A stretch of DNA of 32,000 nucleotides from assembly GCF_018069705.1 (NCBI RefSeq), contig NZ_CP072943.1:1581453-1613452 (forward strand). Direction: 5' to 3'. The translations under genes were made by a program, and so were the position numbers. A model generated the notes under the pieces. The model did no database searches. It was not told the origin of the DNA and saw nothing but the letters and a program-made list of their open reading frames with translations. This stretch comes from Aminithiophilus ramosus (lineage in GTDB: Bacteria > Synergistota > Synergistia > Synergistales > Aminithiophilaceae). Of the stretch, positions 20,936-29,733 are shown one piece after another (position 1 is the first letter of the stretch; every line of letters starts with the position of its first letter).

Positions 20936-22386
20936 ACCTTTTCCTCCCTCAATGTCTCAACAATTCTGCGGGCCGTCTCCGGGCCGATGCCCGTCAGGAG
21001 CGTCAATTCGTCAGGCTCCAGCGAAGCGATCTTCTGAACGCTCCCGAAATGGATCAGGAGCAGGGCCGCCCGTTTTTTCCCCACCCCCGGTACATCCTCC
21101 AGAACGGAGCGGCGGAGCCGACTGTCACGACCTCGACGGTGGCTGGCGACGGCGAAGCGATGAGACTCATCGCGGACTCTCTGCAAAAGCTGAAGGGCAG
21201 GATCGCTGAGAGGCAGCTCAAGAGGCTCTTTCCGCCCCGGCAGGAAGAGCTGTTCTTCCCTTTTGGCCAAAGAGACGATAGGCAATTCCTCCAGCCCCAA
21301 AGCAGCCAGAGCTCCCGCGGCGAACTCGAGCTGCAGGGGACCTCCGTCGATGAGGACAAGCTGGGGGAGAGGTTCCTCCCCCTCGAGGCATCGGCGATAG
21401 CGACGGCCGACGACCTCCTCGAGGGCTCGGAAATCATCGACGCCTTCCACCGATTTTACGGCAAAACGGCGATAGAGGGAGGGATTGGGCAATCCCTGTT
21501 CGAAAACGACGGCGACGCCGTACATTTCTTTGCCGGAGAAGTGGGAGATGTCGAAACCGTCGATGCGCCAGGGGATCGTCGGCAGACCCAGCAGTTCCTG
21601 AAGGCGGAGGAGAAGGGTCCACGTCTCCCGGTCCAGATCGTGACTCAGCGTCGACGAAAGCCGCTGACGGGACAGACGCCAAAGGGAGCGGATCGTATCT
21701 CTCAGTCGTGCCGCCTCCTCGAAGGCCAGTCCCGAGGCGGCGCGATCCATGCGGAGCCGAAGGCGCTCGACGAGATCGGCGGCGTTGCCCTGAAGGAGAA
21801 GGAGGACATCGGCCACGCGTTCGCCGTACTCGGCCTCACTCGTCAGGCCCGCGCAGGCTCCGCCGCAGCGGCCCAGGGCGTGCCGGACGCAGGGACGTTC
21901 CTGACGAGGTCCGGAGAGATCGGTCTTGCAGGTTCTCAGGGGAAAATGACGTTCGATCAGTCGCAGAAGGCGGCGCAAATCGCCGACTCGCGTAAAGGGA
22001 CCTACGTAGCGCCCTCCATCGTCGCTTCTGTGGCGGGTGATTTCGAGGCGGGGAAACGGCTCGTCGGTGATCTTGAGGAAGGGATACCGTTCGCCCATTT
22101 TGAGTTCGACGTTGAAAAAAGGCTGATACTTCTTGATCAGTCTCGACTCGACGATAAGCGCCTCCGCCTCGCTCTCGGTACGGATATAGGAGAGATCTCG
22201 GGCCGATTCGACGAGCTTGCGTAGGCGAGGCGAGGCGAACCCCTCGTGACGGAAATAAGAGGCGACCCGCTTGCGCAACGATTTGGCCTTGCCCACATAG
22301 AGAACCGTGCCCTCTCCGTCGTGAAAAAGGTAGACGCCGGGGCGAAGGGGCAGTTTTCTCACTTTCTCTTGCAGCGGGTGCGTCAA
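20932..22386 (-). CDS. uvrC: Excinuclease ABC subunit C
   Basis: LPLRPGVYLFHDGEGTVLYVGKAKSLRKRVASYF (GIY-YIG), IDGFDISHFSGKEMYGVAVVFEQG (UvrC RNase H), and a C-terminal HhH region. Confidence 0.96.
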   Translation of the reverse strand: MTHPLQEKVRKLPLRPGVYLFHDGEGTVLYVGKAKSLRKRVASYFRHEGFASPRLRKLVESARDLSYIRTESEAEALIVESRLIKKYQPFFNVELKMGERYPFLKITDEPFPRLEITRHRSDDGGRYVGPFTRVGDLRRLLRLIERHFPLRTCKTDLSGPRQERPCVRHALGRCGGACAGLTSEAEYGERVADVLLLLQGNAADLVERLRLRMDRAASGLAFEEAARLRDTIRSLWRLSRQRLSSTLSHDLDRETWTLLLRLQELLGLPTIPWRIDGFDISHFSGKEMYGVAVVFEQGLPNPSLYRRFAVKSVEGVDDFRALEEVVGRRYRRCLEGEEPLPQLVLIDGGPLQLEFAAGALAALGLEELPIVSLAKREEQLFLPGRKEPLELPLSDPALQLLQRVRDESHRFAVASHRRGRDSRLRRSVLEDVPGVGKKRAALLLIHFGSVQKIASLEPDELTLLTGIGPETARRIVETLREEKV

Positions 22387-22545
22387 CGTCGATCACCTTT
22401 CCCGGAAATCGGCCCATTTCCAACGGGCCTCCGATGCTATAGGATATCATAGCCTGTGATTATCCTCGTTCTTCCCCACGACGCAGAGCAAGACGGGCGA
22501 CGGTCACACATCAGGTCTCATCCCAGGAAGGGGGAGCATCAATCC

Positions 22546-23955
22546 ATGGCGCTCAGCCTGTACAACGATCTGACGAGGCAGAAGGAACCCTTCGTCCCCA
22601 TCCGCCGGGGCGAGGTCACCTTTTATGTCTGTGGACCCACGGTCTACGACTATTTCCATATCGGCAACGCCCGGCCCTTCATCCTCTTCGACGTCCTCCG
22701 CCGCTACCTCGAGCAGAGCGGCTACCGCGTCATCTACGTCCAGAACTTCACCGACATCGACGACAAGATGATCAATCGAGCCAAAGATATGGGCCTTTCC
22801 GTCGACGAGCTGGCCGAGCGTTTCATCGCCGCCTATCGGGAAGACGCCGACGCCCTCGGCATCCGTCGTCCCACCTACAGCCCCAGAGCGACCCACCATA
22901 TCGACGACATTATCGCCCTTGTCCGAAGCCTCGTCGAGAAAGGGCATGCCTATGCCGTCGACGGAGACGTCTACTTCGACGTGGCCAGTTTCTCCGCCTA
23001 TGGGAAACTTTCCCAACAGAGCCTCGACGACCTTCAGGCGGGAGCCCGAGTCGACGTCGACGAACGGAAAAAACACCCTCTCGACTTCGCCCTCTGGAAG
23101 GCCGAAAAGCCGGGCGAACCCGCCTGGGAAAGTCCCTGGGGACGGGGGCGCCCCGGTTGGCACATCGAGTGCAGCGCCATGTCCACGGCCATGCTGGGCC
23201 CCACGATCGATATCCACGCCGGCGGCAGCGACCTCGTCTTTCCCCACCACGAGAACGAGATTGCCCAGGCCGAGGCCGCTACGGGCAAACCTTTTGTCCG
23301 TTATTGGATTCACAACGGATATCTCATGATCGATCAGGAAAAGATGTCCAAGTCCTTGGGCAACTTCCTCACGGCCCGGGCCGCCAGGGAGAAGTATCCG
23401 CCCCTGGCCATCCGCCTTTTCATGCTCGGTGCCCACTACCGCTCGCCCATCAGCTTCTCCGAAGAGGGCCTTCTGCAGGCCAAAAGCGCCGTCGAGCGAC
23501 TCAACAACTGCTCCCGCCGCCTCGACGAGGCACTGAGAGGGGCCACTTCGCCCGATCCCTCTCCCCTCGCCGCCGAGATATCCCAGTTCCGTGCGACTTT
23601 CATGGAACAAATGGACGACGATTTCAACACCGCCGGTGCCTTGGGCGCCCTTTTCGAGGCCGTCCGGGCCGTCAACAGTCACATTCAGGACCGAAAATTT
23701 CCCTCCCGAGAGGGACTTGAGGCTGCCCGCCGCTTTTTCGACGAAGCCGAGGCCGTTCTCGGCGTCGTCGATCCCGTCGACACCAGCGGAGACCCCGACA
23801 AAGAGCGCATCGAAGGCCTCATCGCCGAGCGCCGTCAGGCCCGGGAAAACCGCGACTTCGCCAGGGCCGACGCCATTCGCGACGGACTCGCGGAAGAAGG
23901 GATCGTCCTCGAAGACGGACCTCAAGGAACACGTTGGAAACGCCAGGACGGATAG
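22546..23955 (+). CDS. cysS: Cysteinyl-tRNA synthetase
   Basis: YVCGPTVYDYFHIGNARPFILFDVLRRYL...HVQNFTDIDDKMI-type motif, WHIECSAMS, and KMSKSLGNF. ATG at 22546, ORF open from 22456. Confidence 0.96.
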   Translation: MALSLYNDLTRQKEPFVPIRRGEVTFYVCGPTVYDYFHIGNARPFILFDVLRRYLEQSGYRVIYVQNFTDIDDKMINRAKDMGLSVDELAERFIAAYREDADALGIRRPTYSPRATHHIDDIIALVRSLVEKGHAYAVDGDVYFDVASFSAYGKLSQQSLDDLQAGARVDVDERKKHPLDFALWKAEKPGEPAWESPWGRGRPGWHIECSAMSTAMLGPTIDIHAGGSDLVFPHHENEIAQAEAATGKPFVRYWIHNGYLMIDQEKMSKSLGNFLTARAAREKYPPLAIRLFMLGAHYRSPISFSEEGLLQAKSAVERLNNCSRRLDEALRGATSPDPSPLAAEISQFRATFMEQMDDDFNTAGALGALFEAVRAVNSHIQDRKFPSREGLEAARRFFDEAEAVLGVVDPVDTSGDPDKERIEGLIAERRQARENRDFARADAIRDGLAEEGIVLEDGPQGTRWKRQDG

Positions 23956-24011
23956 CAGGATAGAAAGAGGGGGTCCCTCGACGAGGGACCCCCTCTTTCT
24001 ATCCTGCTATC
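23951..24011. terminator. Perfect 30-bp-arm inverted repeat; probable bidirectional terminator between convergent genes
   Basis: gatagcaggatagaaagagggggtccctcg - a - cgagggaccccctctttctatcctgctatc; the arms are exact reverse complements. Confidence 0.8.
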
Positions 24012-24423
24012 AAAACTTCCCCAACTGTTTTTCGAGATGCTCCGTCAAAGCGGCCTCGATCTCTCCCTGATAGAGCGAAAGCCGCATGCGCCCCAACTCG
24101 CCGTCGCCTCCACCCAGAGAAAAGAGGATATCGGAGAAGATGGAGACGAACTCTTCATTCAGAAGCGAACCTCGAGTCGATCGAGAGAAAAAGGGGCGGC
24201 TGTGCTTCTGAAGACAGCTTCGGAAATGACGGTCTCCGACGACGCAGATATTCATCTCCACCGACTGGAGACATTGTCTGAAGGGGCGCAGAATCTCGCG
24301 GGAACCTCGCCTGTCTTCTTCGTCGGGCTCTTTCTCCTCGCGACGCAGAAGGCAATCCCCCAGGAGGACGCGGACCATCGCCTCCAGCCTGGAGGCGATG
24401 GCGGTCAGTTCGGTGATCATCAC
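24010..24423 (-). CDS. Hypothetical protein (137 aa), translationally coupled to pepA
   Basis: Start codon overlaps the pepA stop (ATGA at 24423..24420). I did not recognise a family from the sequence. Confidence 0.6.
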   Translation of the reverse strand: MMITELTAIASRLEAMVRVLLGDCLLRREEKEPDEEDRRGSREILRPFRQCLQSVEMNICVVGDRHFRSCLQKHSRPFFSRSTRGSLLNEEFVSIFSDILFSLGGGDGELGRMRLSLYQGEIEAALTEHLEKQLGKF

Positions 24424-25883
24424 ACTTCCGGTTCCAGACTCGTAAGAAAATCGAGAAGCGTCCGGGCGCCGAACCCCGTGGCCCCTTTGGAGTAATAACC
24501 GAAAGGCTCCTTATAGGTATCGACGCCGGCTATATCGAGATGAGCCCAGCGAATGCCTTCGTCGACGAAAGCCTCGAGGAACATGGCGGCCGTCAGCGCT
24601 CCTCCTTCACGGCCTCCCGAATTGACCAGGTCGGCCACAGGCGACTCGAGCTTTTTGCGCAGACGTTCATCGTCCATGGGCAATCGCCAGAAGCGCTCCC
24701 CCGAGCGGCGCGAAGCGCCGAGAAGCTCTTCGGCCAGAGAGTCGTCGTTGGAGAGAAGTCCCGCCGTGTAAGGGCCGAGAGCGATGGCACAGGCTCCCGT
24801 AAGGGTGGCGATGTCGACGACGATCGACGGCTTGAGCTCACAGGCGAAGGCCAGAACGTCGGCCAGAGTGAGGCGCCCTTCGGCGTCGGTGTTGTCGATC
24901 TCGACGGTCTTTCCCTTGCGGCCACGGACGATGTCGTCGGGACGGTAAGAGTAGCTGTCGACGGCATTCTCGGCGGCGCCGATGAGGCCGTGCACCTCTA
25001 CGGGAGGGCGGAGGCGGGCCAGGCTCCGGAAAACGCCGAGAACGACGGAGGCCCCCGTCTTGTCGCCCTTCATGGTCCTCATATGTTCTCCCGGCTTGAG
25101 GTTGAGGCCGCCCGTATCGAAGGTGATGCCCTTCCCGACGAGAGCCACCTTGCCCAAAGCCTCCCCCTCGGGGCGATAGACGAGATGGATCAGCCGAGGA
25201 GGCGTCTTGGAACCGCCGCCCACGGCCAGAAGAAGGCCCATATTCATCTCGGCCAGCTCTTTCTCGTCGTAGATGCGGCACTCGAAGCCGCCCTGGTCGG
25301 CCACCTCCCTGGCCCTGTCGGCCAGAGTCAGGGGATTGATGACGTTGCCGGGCTCGTTGGCAAGGTCGCGGGCAAACATCTGGCTGCAGGCCATGAGAGA
25401 ACCTTTTTCAATGGCCTCTTCGTCTCCGCCCGATATGTAGACGGTTTCGACGGAACCCCGTTCCTCATCGGGAACCTCGCGATAGCGATCGAAACGGTAG
25501 CCGCCCAGATGGGCTCCCTCGGCCAGAGCCAGGGAAAGAGGTCCATCGACGTCATGTCCCGTCCAGATCTGGAGATCGGAGGCCCCGGCAGCCGAGGCGG
25601 CCTTGACGAGGAGAGCCGCCCCCTCGCGGAAGACATCGTTGTTTCCCTTCTTCTCCGAGCCGAGGCCGACGACGAAAACTCTCGAAGGGCTGCCGCCGGG
25701 GCAGGCCCGGAAAAGACAGGCCCCCTTCTTGAACGTGAAGCGCTCCAGCTCGACTTGGCCGACAAGGCCCGGGCAGAGAGAGGCAAACGAGTCGAGAAGC
25801 TCCTTCTCCTCCTCGAAGAGGAGGAGCCCCAGAGCAGAGGACTTGAGGCGTTGCTCTTCCTTCAATGCAGCGAGAACTTTCAT
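24420..25883 (-). CDS. pepA: Cytosolic/leucyl aminopeptidase (M17 family)
   Basis: VGKGITFDTGGLNLKPGEHMRTMKGDKTGA, NTDAEGRLTLADVLAFA and IVDIATLTGACAIALG. Confidence 0.95.
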   Translation of the reverse strand: MKVLAALKEEQRLKSSALGLLLFEEEKELLDSFASLCPGLVGQVELERFTFKKGACLFRACPGGSPSRVFVVGLGSEKKGNNDVFREGAALLVKAASAAGASDLQIWTGHDVDGPLSLALAEGAHLGGYRFDRYREVPDEERGSVETVYISGGDEEAIEKGSLMACSQMFARDLANEPGNVINPLTLADRAREVADQGGFECRIYDEKELAEMNMGLLLAVGGGSKTPPRLIHLVYRPEGEALGKVALVGKGITFDTGGLNLKPGEHMRTMKGDKTGASVVLGVFRSLARLRPPVEVHGLIGAAENAVDSYSYRPDDIVRGRKGKTVEIDNTDAEGRLTLADVLAFACELKPSIVVDIATLTGACAIALGPYTAGLLSNDDSLAEELLGASRRSGERFWRLPMDDERLRKKLESPVADLVNSGGREGGALTAAMFLEAFVDEGIRWAHLDIAGVDTYKEPFGYYSKGATGFGARTLLDFLTSLEPEV

Positions 25884-25958
25884 GGTCCTTACACCTCCGA
25901 AATGAGAACCTCTTCGAGCGCCATCCTAGGCCGAAGAGAGCCGGGGGCAACGGCCAAT

Positions 25959-27683
25959 CTATCGGCTCATGGCCTTCGCCCGCCTGAGAACATCGTAGCG
26001 ACCGTCATCGGCCTCGACGAAACCGTCGATGGAGAGTTTTTTCATGGCCTCACCGTAAGCACCGGCTCCGGGCGTCATCTGCAGAAAGACGTCGCCCACG
26101 CGCCGCGCCTGAGAAACATCCATGGAGGCGGGAACGGCGAGGGCATCTTTGGGAATTTCGTCGGTGCGGGCCACGATGTCGAGGCGGCCCAGGTCCATCG
26201 ATCGGGCCGCTCCATCCCAGGCATCGGTATAGGTGGCCCCGCCGTCGACACTCCCCTCCCAGACGGCGCCGATGACGCGGTCGTGACTCCCGAGAAAGAG
26301 AACTTCGCCGAAGAAGCGGTCGGGATCGTACCCCTTCTCTTTGAGCATCAGCCGAGGATAGAGGTACCCCGATCCGCTCTTGGGATCGACGAAGGCGAAA
26401 CGTTTGCCCCTCAGCTGGCCCAGCTCCCGCAGACCGCTTCCCTTGCTCGTGATGATGAGTCCCTGATAGGAGGGACGTCCCTTGACGCGGGGAATGGCCA
26501 GGGGACGCAGGGGATATTTCTCGGCGGCATCGACGTAGGCGAGAGGGCTGAACCAGCCCAGATCGACAATACCCTGGGCCAGCATTTTCCCCAGGCTCTC
26601 GTAATCGGGAGAGACGAAAAGGCGCATCCTCCGGCCCAGGCGCCGAGCCGCCTCTTCGAGGAGAGGGCCGTAGTCGTCGCGGATCTTCTGCGGATCGGCA
26701 AAGGGCGTCAGCCCCACCCAGAACTCCTCCGCCGGGCGTCGAGCCGCCACCCCGCTCTGCAAAGCGAAAAGATCGTCCGTCACCTTCCTCACGGAAGAGG
26801 AGAACTCCCGAGCCATGGCCGTCTCGGCCTCGAGACTGCTGCCCAGAGTCTCCACGACGGAGAGGACCGATTGGGTCCCTTCCTGGAGGGTCTCGGCCTC
26901 ATGGGCAAGCCCCTCCATGGAAGAACGTCCTTTGTCGAGAACGCCGATGAGACGGGAAAAGGATTCGCTGAAGCGCAAAACGCCGTCGCCGGCCCGCCGG
27001 GCGCGTCCCAAGGCCTCCTGAGTCTCCTCCCGTCCCGAGGAAAGAGAGCGCTCCGTCTCGCCGAGGCCTTCGACGACGGAACGAATGCGCTCCCCCATCG
27101 TCTGAAGAGCTCCGGAGATGGAACGGGCCGTCTCCTGCGTCGACTGGGCCAACTTGCCCACCTCCTGGGCCACGACGTTGAAACCCCGACCGGCCTCTCC
27201 GGCCCGAGCGGCCTCGATGGCGGCGTTGAGAGCCAGAAGCTGCGTCTGCTTGGCGATGCGATCGATACGGTCCAGGAAGGCCTTCACCTCGGCCGTCGAA
27301 TCGAGAAGGCCACCCGTCATGCGGGCCTGTGTCTCGGAAAGAACGGCCAGCCCCCGAAGCGTCGTCTCCAGCTTCTCCATGGCCTGCACGGTATCGAGAA
27401 CATCCTGCCGCGCCTCGGCTTCGGCGGCTTCCGACGTCGTTTTGATTGCGCCCATTTCGACGAAGGCCTCGGAAAGGACGGAAAAGCCCTCGATGATTTT
27501 CGAGACACCCCGCGCGTAGCGATCGAGGCCGGAGCGGGTCGATTCGGCGCTGGAGCGGAGCTCCTCCGCGGCTTTTCCCTGACGCCGCCCGATCCAGAAC
27601 ATCTGCTGGAATCTCTGCGAAAGAGACTCGACGGAACCGAGGACGGCGTCATCTGAAGAGAAGGCCTTCTTCTCCACGTTCAT
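25959..27683 (-). CDS. Soluble methyl-accepting chemotaxis-type signalling domain fused to a PhnD-like phosphate/phosphonate-binding domain
   Basis: Residues ~130-200 carry the MCP signalling hairpin ([47 protein letters not shown]). Residues ~317-560 resemble PhnD ([30 protein letters not shown]...[16 protein letters not shown]...[26 protein letters not shown]). No signal peptide or transmembrane segment is apparent. Confidence 0.85.
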   Translation of the reverse strand: MNVEKKAFSSDDAVLGSVESLSQRFQQMFWIGRRQGKAAEELRSSAESTRSGLDRYARGVSKIIEGFSVLSEAFVEMGAIKTTSEAAEAEARQDVLDTVQAMEKLETTLRGLAVLSETQARMTGGLLDSTAEVKAFLDRIDRIAKQTQLLALNAAIEAARAGEAGRGFNVVAQEVGKLAQSTQETARSISGALQTMGERIRSVVEGLGETERSLSSGREETQEALGRARRAGDGVLRFSESFSRLIGVLDKGRSSMEGLAHEAETLQEGTQSVLSVVETLGSSLEAETAMAREFSSSVRKVTDDLFALQSGVAARRPAEEFWVGLTPFADPQKIRDDYGPLLEEAARRLGRRMRLFVSPDYESLGKMLAQGIVDLGWFSPLAYVDAAEKYPLRPLAIPRVKGRPSYQGLIITSKGSGLRELGQLRGKRFAFVDPKSGSGYLYPRLMLKEKGYDPDRFFGEVLFLGSHDRVIGAVWEGSVDGGATYTDAWDGAARSMDLGRLDIVARTDEIPKDALAVPASMDVSQARRVGDVFLQMTPGAGAYGEAMKKLSIDGFVEADDGRYDVLRRAKAMSR

Positions 27684-27730
27684 GGACCAACAGCTCCTTC
27701 CTGCACGCCAAACGGGATGATCTTCTCACC

Positions 27731-27764
27731 ATTATACTATTGAATGGAAATTTTACAATGTCAA
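27731..27764 (-). promoter_or_regulatory. Candidate promoter for the MCP-PhnD fusion gene
   Basis: Minus strand ...TTGACATTGTAAAATTTCCATTCAATAGTATAATGG. TATAAT is at 27736..27731 with TTGTAA 16 nt upstream; the exact TTGACA is 22 nt upstream, so the -35 is uncertain. Confidence 0.5.
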
Positions 27765-27791
27765 AATTTATTAAAAATTCATAGAAGCAGG

Positions 27792-27819
27792 AGAGGATCG
27801 TCCCCGGGGACGATCCTCT
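27792..27819. repeat. Perfect 28-nt palindrome in a divergent intergenic region
   Basis: agaggatcgtcccc/ggggacgatcctct, 14-bp arms with no spacer. Confidence 0.9.
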
Positions 27820-27937
27820 TTGGGAATTTCTCGATATTGTGTTAGATTTCATGAGATTGAAGGACGGCGTTTCGCAAAGCGTGAACGCACTCTCACTTGC
27901 CCCACAGGGCCGCCTTCGAGCGGGAAAGGAGCTCATC

Positions 27938-28483
27938 GTGTCGAGGAAACGGAAGGGGTTCACCCTTGTGGAGATTCTCATCGTCGTCATCGTCATCGGT
28001 CTTTTGGCCGGAGCGATGCTGGTCGTCGCGGCAAGGTTCCAGGCCAGAACCCGGGCTTCGGTCATCGTCGCGAACATGCGAACCCTTCAGGAGGCGGCCA
28101 TGCTTTACTTCGCCGACAACGGCCGCTGGTTCCCCGAAGAAGCCTCCAACGGCAACGCGAACAAGAAGGACGCCGGAACGTTCCTGCTTCCCTACCTGGA
28201 CCGGAAGCTGGCCGCCAAGTTTTCGGCCACGGACAATCAGTATTTCGTCTGGCTTTTCGAAGAGGGAAACGGCGACGGAAAGTTCTACGTCGTATGCAAA
28301 GTCGACGACCGTTTCGAAAACTACGAGACGCGCCAGGCTTTGGAGAAGATCGCCGCCTCTCCTCCCTTCTTCAACGCCGACGGAGAGGACCATCCCTTCA
28401 AAGCCGTCAAGAACCCCGGTACGGGCTACTCGGGAAACACCCAGATCACCCTGTTGATCTTGAGGCAATCGTTCGGCGACTAG
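27938..28483 (+). CDS. Type IV prepilin / pseudopilin-like protein
   Basis: N-terminal RKRKGFTLVEILIVVIVIGLLAGAMLVVAARFQARTRASVIVANMRTLQEAAMLYFADNG, a class III prepilin signal. GTG start with aaggag Shine-Dalgarno; ORF open from 27839. Confidence 0.9.
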   Translation: MSRKRKGFTLVEILIVVIVIGLLAGAMLVVAARFQARTRASVIVANMRTLQEAAMLYFADNGRWFPEEASNGNANKKDAGTFLLPYLDRKLAAKFSATDNQYFVWLFEEGNGDGKFYVVCKVDDRFENYETRQALEKIAASPPFFNADGEDHPFKAVKNPGTGYSGNTQITLLILRQSFGD

Positions 28484-28498
28484 ATTAAGATGGCCATG

Positions 28499-28530
28499 AG
28501 GAGAGGGGGCCCTCAGGGGCTCCCTCTCCT
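28499..28530. terminator. Stem-loop at the convergent pilin/folP junction (probable bidirectional terminator)
   Basis: aggagaggggGCCC tcag GGGCtccctctcct: about 14 bp of stem with one G-T wobble. The folP stop (28513..28515) lies in the loop. There is no long U-tract. Confidence 0.5.
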
Positions 28531-29733
28531 TATGGCGGCGACGACGTCGACGGCCTTCCTGCTGGCCCCCACGTCGTGAACGCGAAGGATTTCGACGTCC
28601 CGCCAGGCGCAGAGGGCCGAGACGGCCAAGGTCCCCTCGAGACGCCCTTCGGGCCGGGGCTCGTCGAGGACGGCACCGAGAAAGCTCTTGCGGGAGTGCC
28701 CGACAAGCAGAGGAAGGCCGAAACCCCGCAGAGCTTCGAGGTGACGAAGAATCTCCAGGTTGTGCTCCGACGTCTTGCCGAAACCGATGCCGGGGTCGAG
28801 AATGATACGGCTTTCGTCGATACCCGACCTGGCGGCCAGGGCGAGGCGGTCCTCGAAATAGGCGACCATGTCGGGGAGAAGATCACCGTAGCGGGGAGCC
28901 TCCTGCATCGTCCTCGGCCTCCCCTGAATGTGCATGACGACGACGGGAACGGCCAGGGCGGCCACCGTCTCGGCCAAGGCTCCGTCGAAGCCGAAACCGG
29001 AGATGTCGTTGACGATGTCGGCCCCGGCCGCCACGGCGGCTTCGGCCACGGAAGCCTTGTTCGTGTCGGCCGAAAGAGGCAGATCGGGGAAACGTTCCCT
29101 GAGCGCCCTCAGCGCGGGAACGAGCCGGACAAGCTCGGTGGCCGCATCGAGACCGTCGGAACCGGGACGCGTCGACTCGGCGCCCACATCGAGAATATCG
29201 GCCCCTTCGGCGACCATCGTTTCCGCCCGCTCCAGCAGTTCGGCCAAATCGGCGATGCGGCTGCCCGCATAGAAGGAATCGGCAGTGACGTTGAGAATGC
29301 CCATGATGAGACTCCGCCCCTCGAAGGAGAGACGACGCCCTCCAGGAAGGTCAAGGCCCCGAGGATGCTCCCCCCTGCGGCGAGACGCCAGAAATGCCGT
29401 CAGTCCCAGGCGGACCTCCTCCAACCCCCAGTAGGGCATGGCCTTCAGTTTTTCGACGAGAAGACGGACGGCCTTCTCCGTGCCGAAGAGAAGGCCGTCC
29501 GTCCGCTCCACCTGCCTGTCGATGGCGTTGCGGTGAACGGCCACGTCGCCTCCGCGGGCCAGCATCTCCTGCTTGAGGGCGTTGGCGGCCCGCGTATCGA
29601 CATCTTTGAGCAGCAGGGTCAGCGTTTCTCTCTTGGCCAGGAAATAGGGGACTCCCCGGTCGTCGCAACCCAACGCCTTCAGACGTCGGCCGATTTCTCC
29701 ATCGTCGATGAAATCGATCTGCAGCGGTCTCAT
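28513..29733 (-). CDS. folP: Dihydropteroate synthase with an N-terminal extension domain
   Basis: IMGILNVTADSFYAGSR, DILDVGAESTRPGSDG, VNDISGF, ILDPGIGFGKTSEHNLEILRHL and LVGHSRKSFLG. ATG at 29733 overlaps the upstream gene stop; the 5' part of ORF 28513..30153 is antiparallel-frame noise over queD. Confidence 0.93.
   Translation of the reverse strand: MRPLQIDFIDDGEIGRRLKALGCDDRGVPYFLAKRETLTLLLKDVDTRAANALKQEMLARGGDVAVHRNAIDRQVERTDGLLFGTEKAVRLLVEKLKAMPYWGLEEVRLGLTAFLASRRRGEHPRGLDLPGGRRLSFEGRSLIMGILNVTADSFYAGSRIADLAELLERAETMVAEGADILDVGAESTRPGSDGLDAATELVRLVPALRALRERFPDLPLSADTNKASVAEAAVAAGADIVNDISGFGFDGALAETVAALAVPVVVMHIQGRPRTMQEAPRYGDLLPDMVAYFEDRLALAARSGIDESRIILDPGIGFGKTSEHNLEILRHLEALRGFGLPLLVGHSRKSFLGAVLDEPRPEGRLEGTLAVSALCAWRDVEILRVHDVGASRKAVDVVAAIRRGSP

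Noticed and set aside
22430-22460. AT-rich partial palindrome gctataggatatcatagc between uvrC and cysS
   Set aside because: It could hold -10 elements for either gene, but I found no convincing -35 at proper spacing and no T-box or other riboswitch features for cysS.
22504-23925. 473-aa minus-strand ORF opposite cysS
   Set aside because: Antisense to confident cysS and with no recognisable domain signature.
24540-27656. 1038-aa plus-strand ORF opposite pepA and the MCP-PhnD gene
   Set aside because: It is entirely antisense to two well-supported genes and has no recognisable domains. Its composition is what a GC-rich genome gives when stops are rare in the complementary frame.
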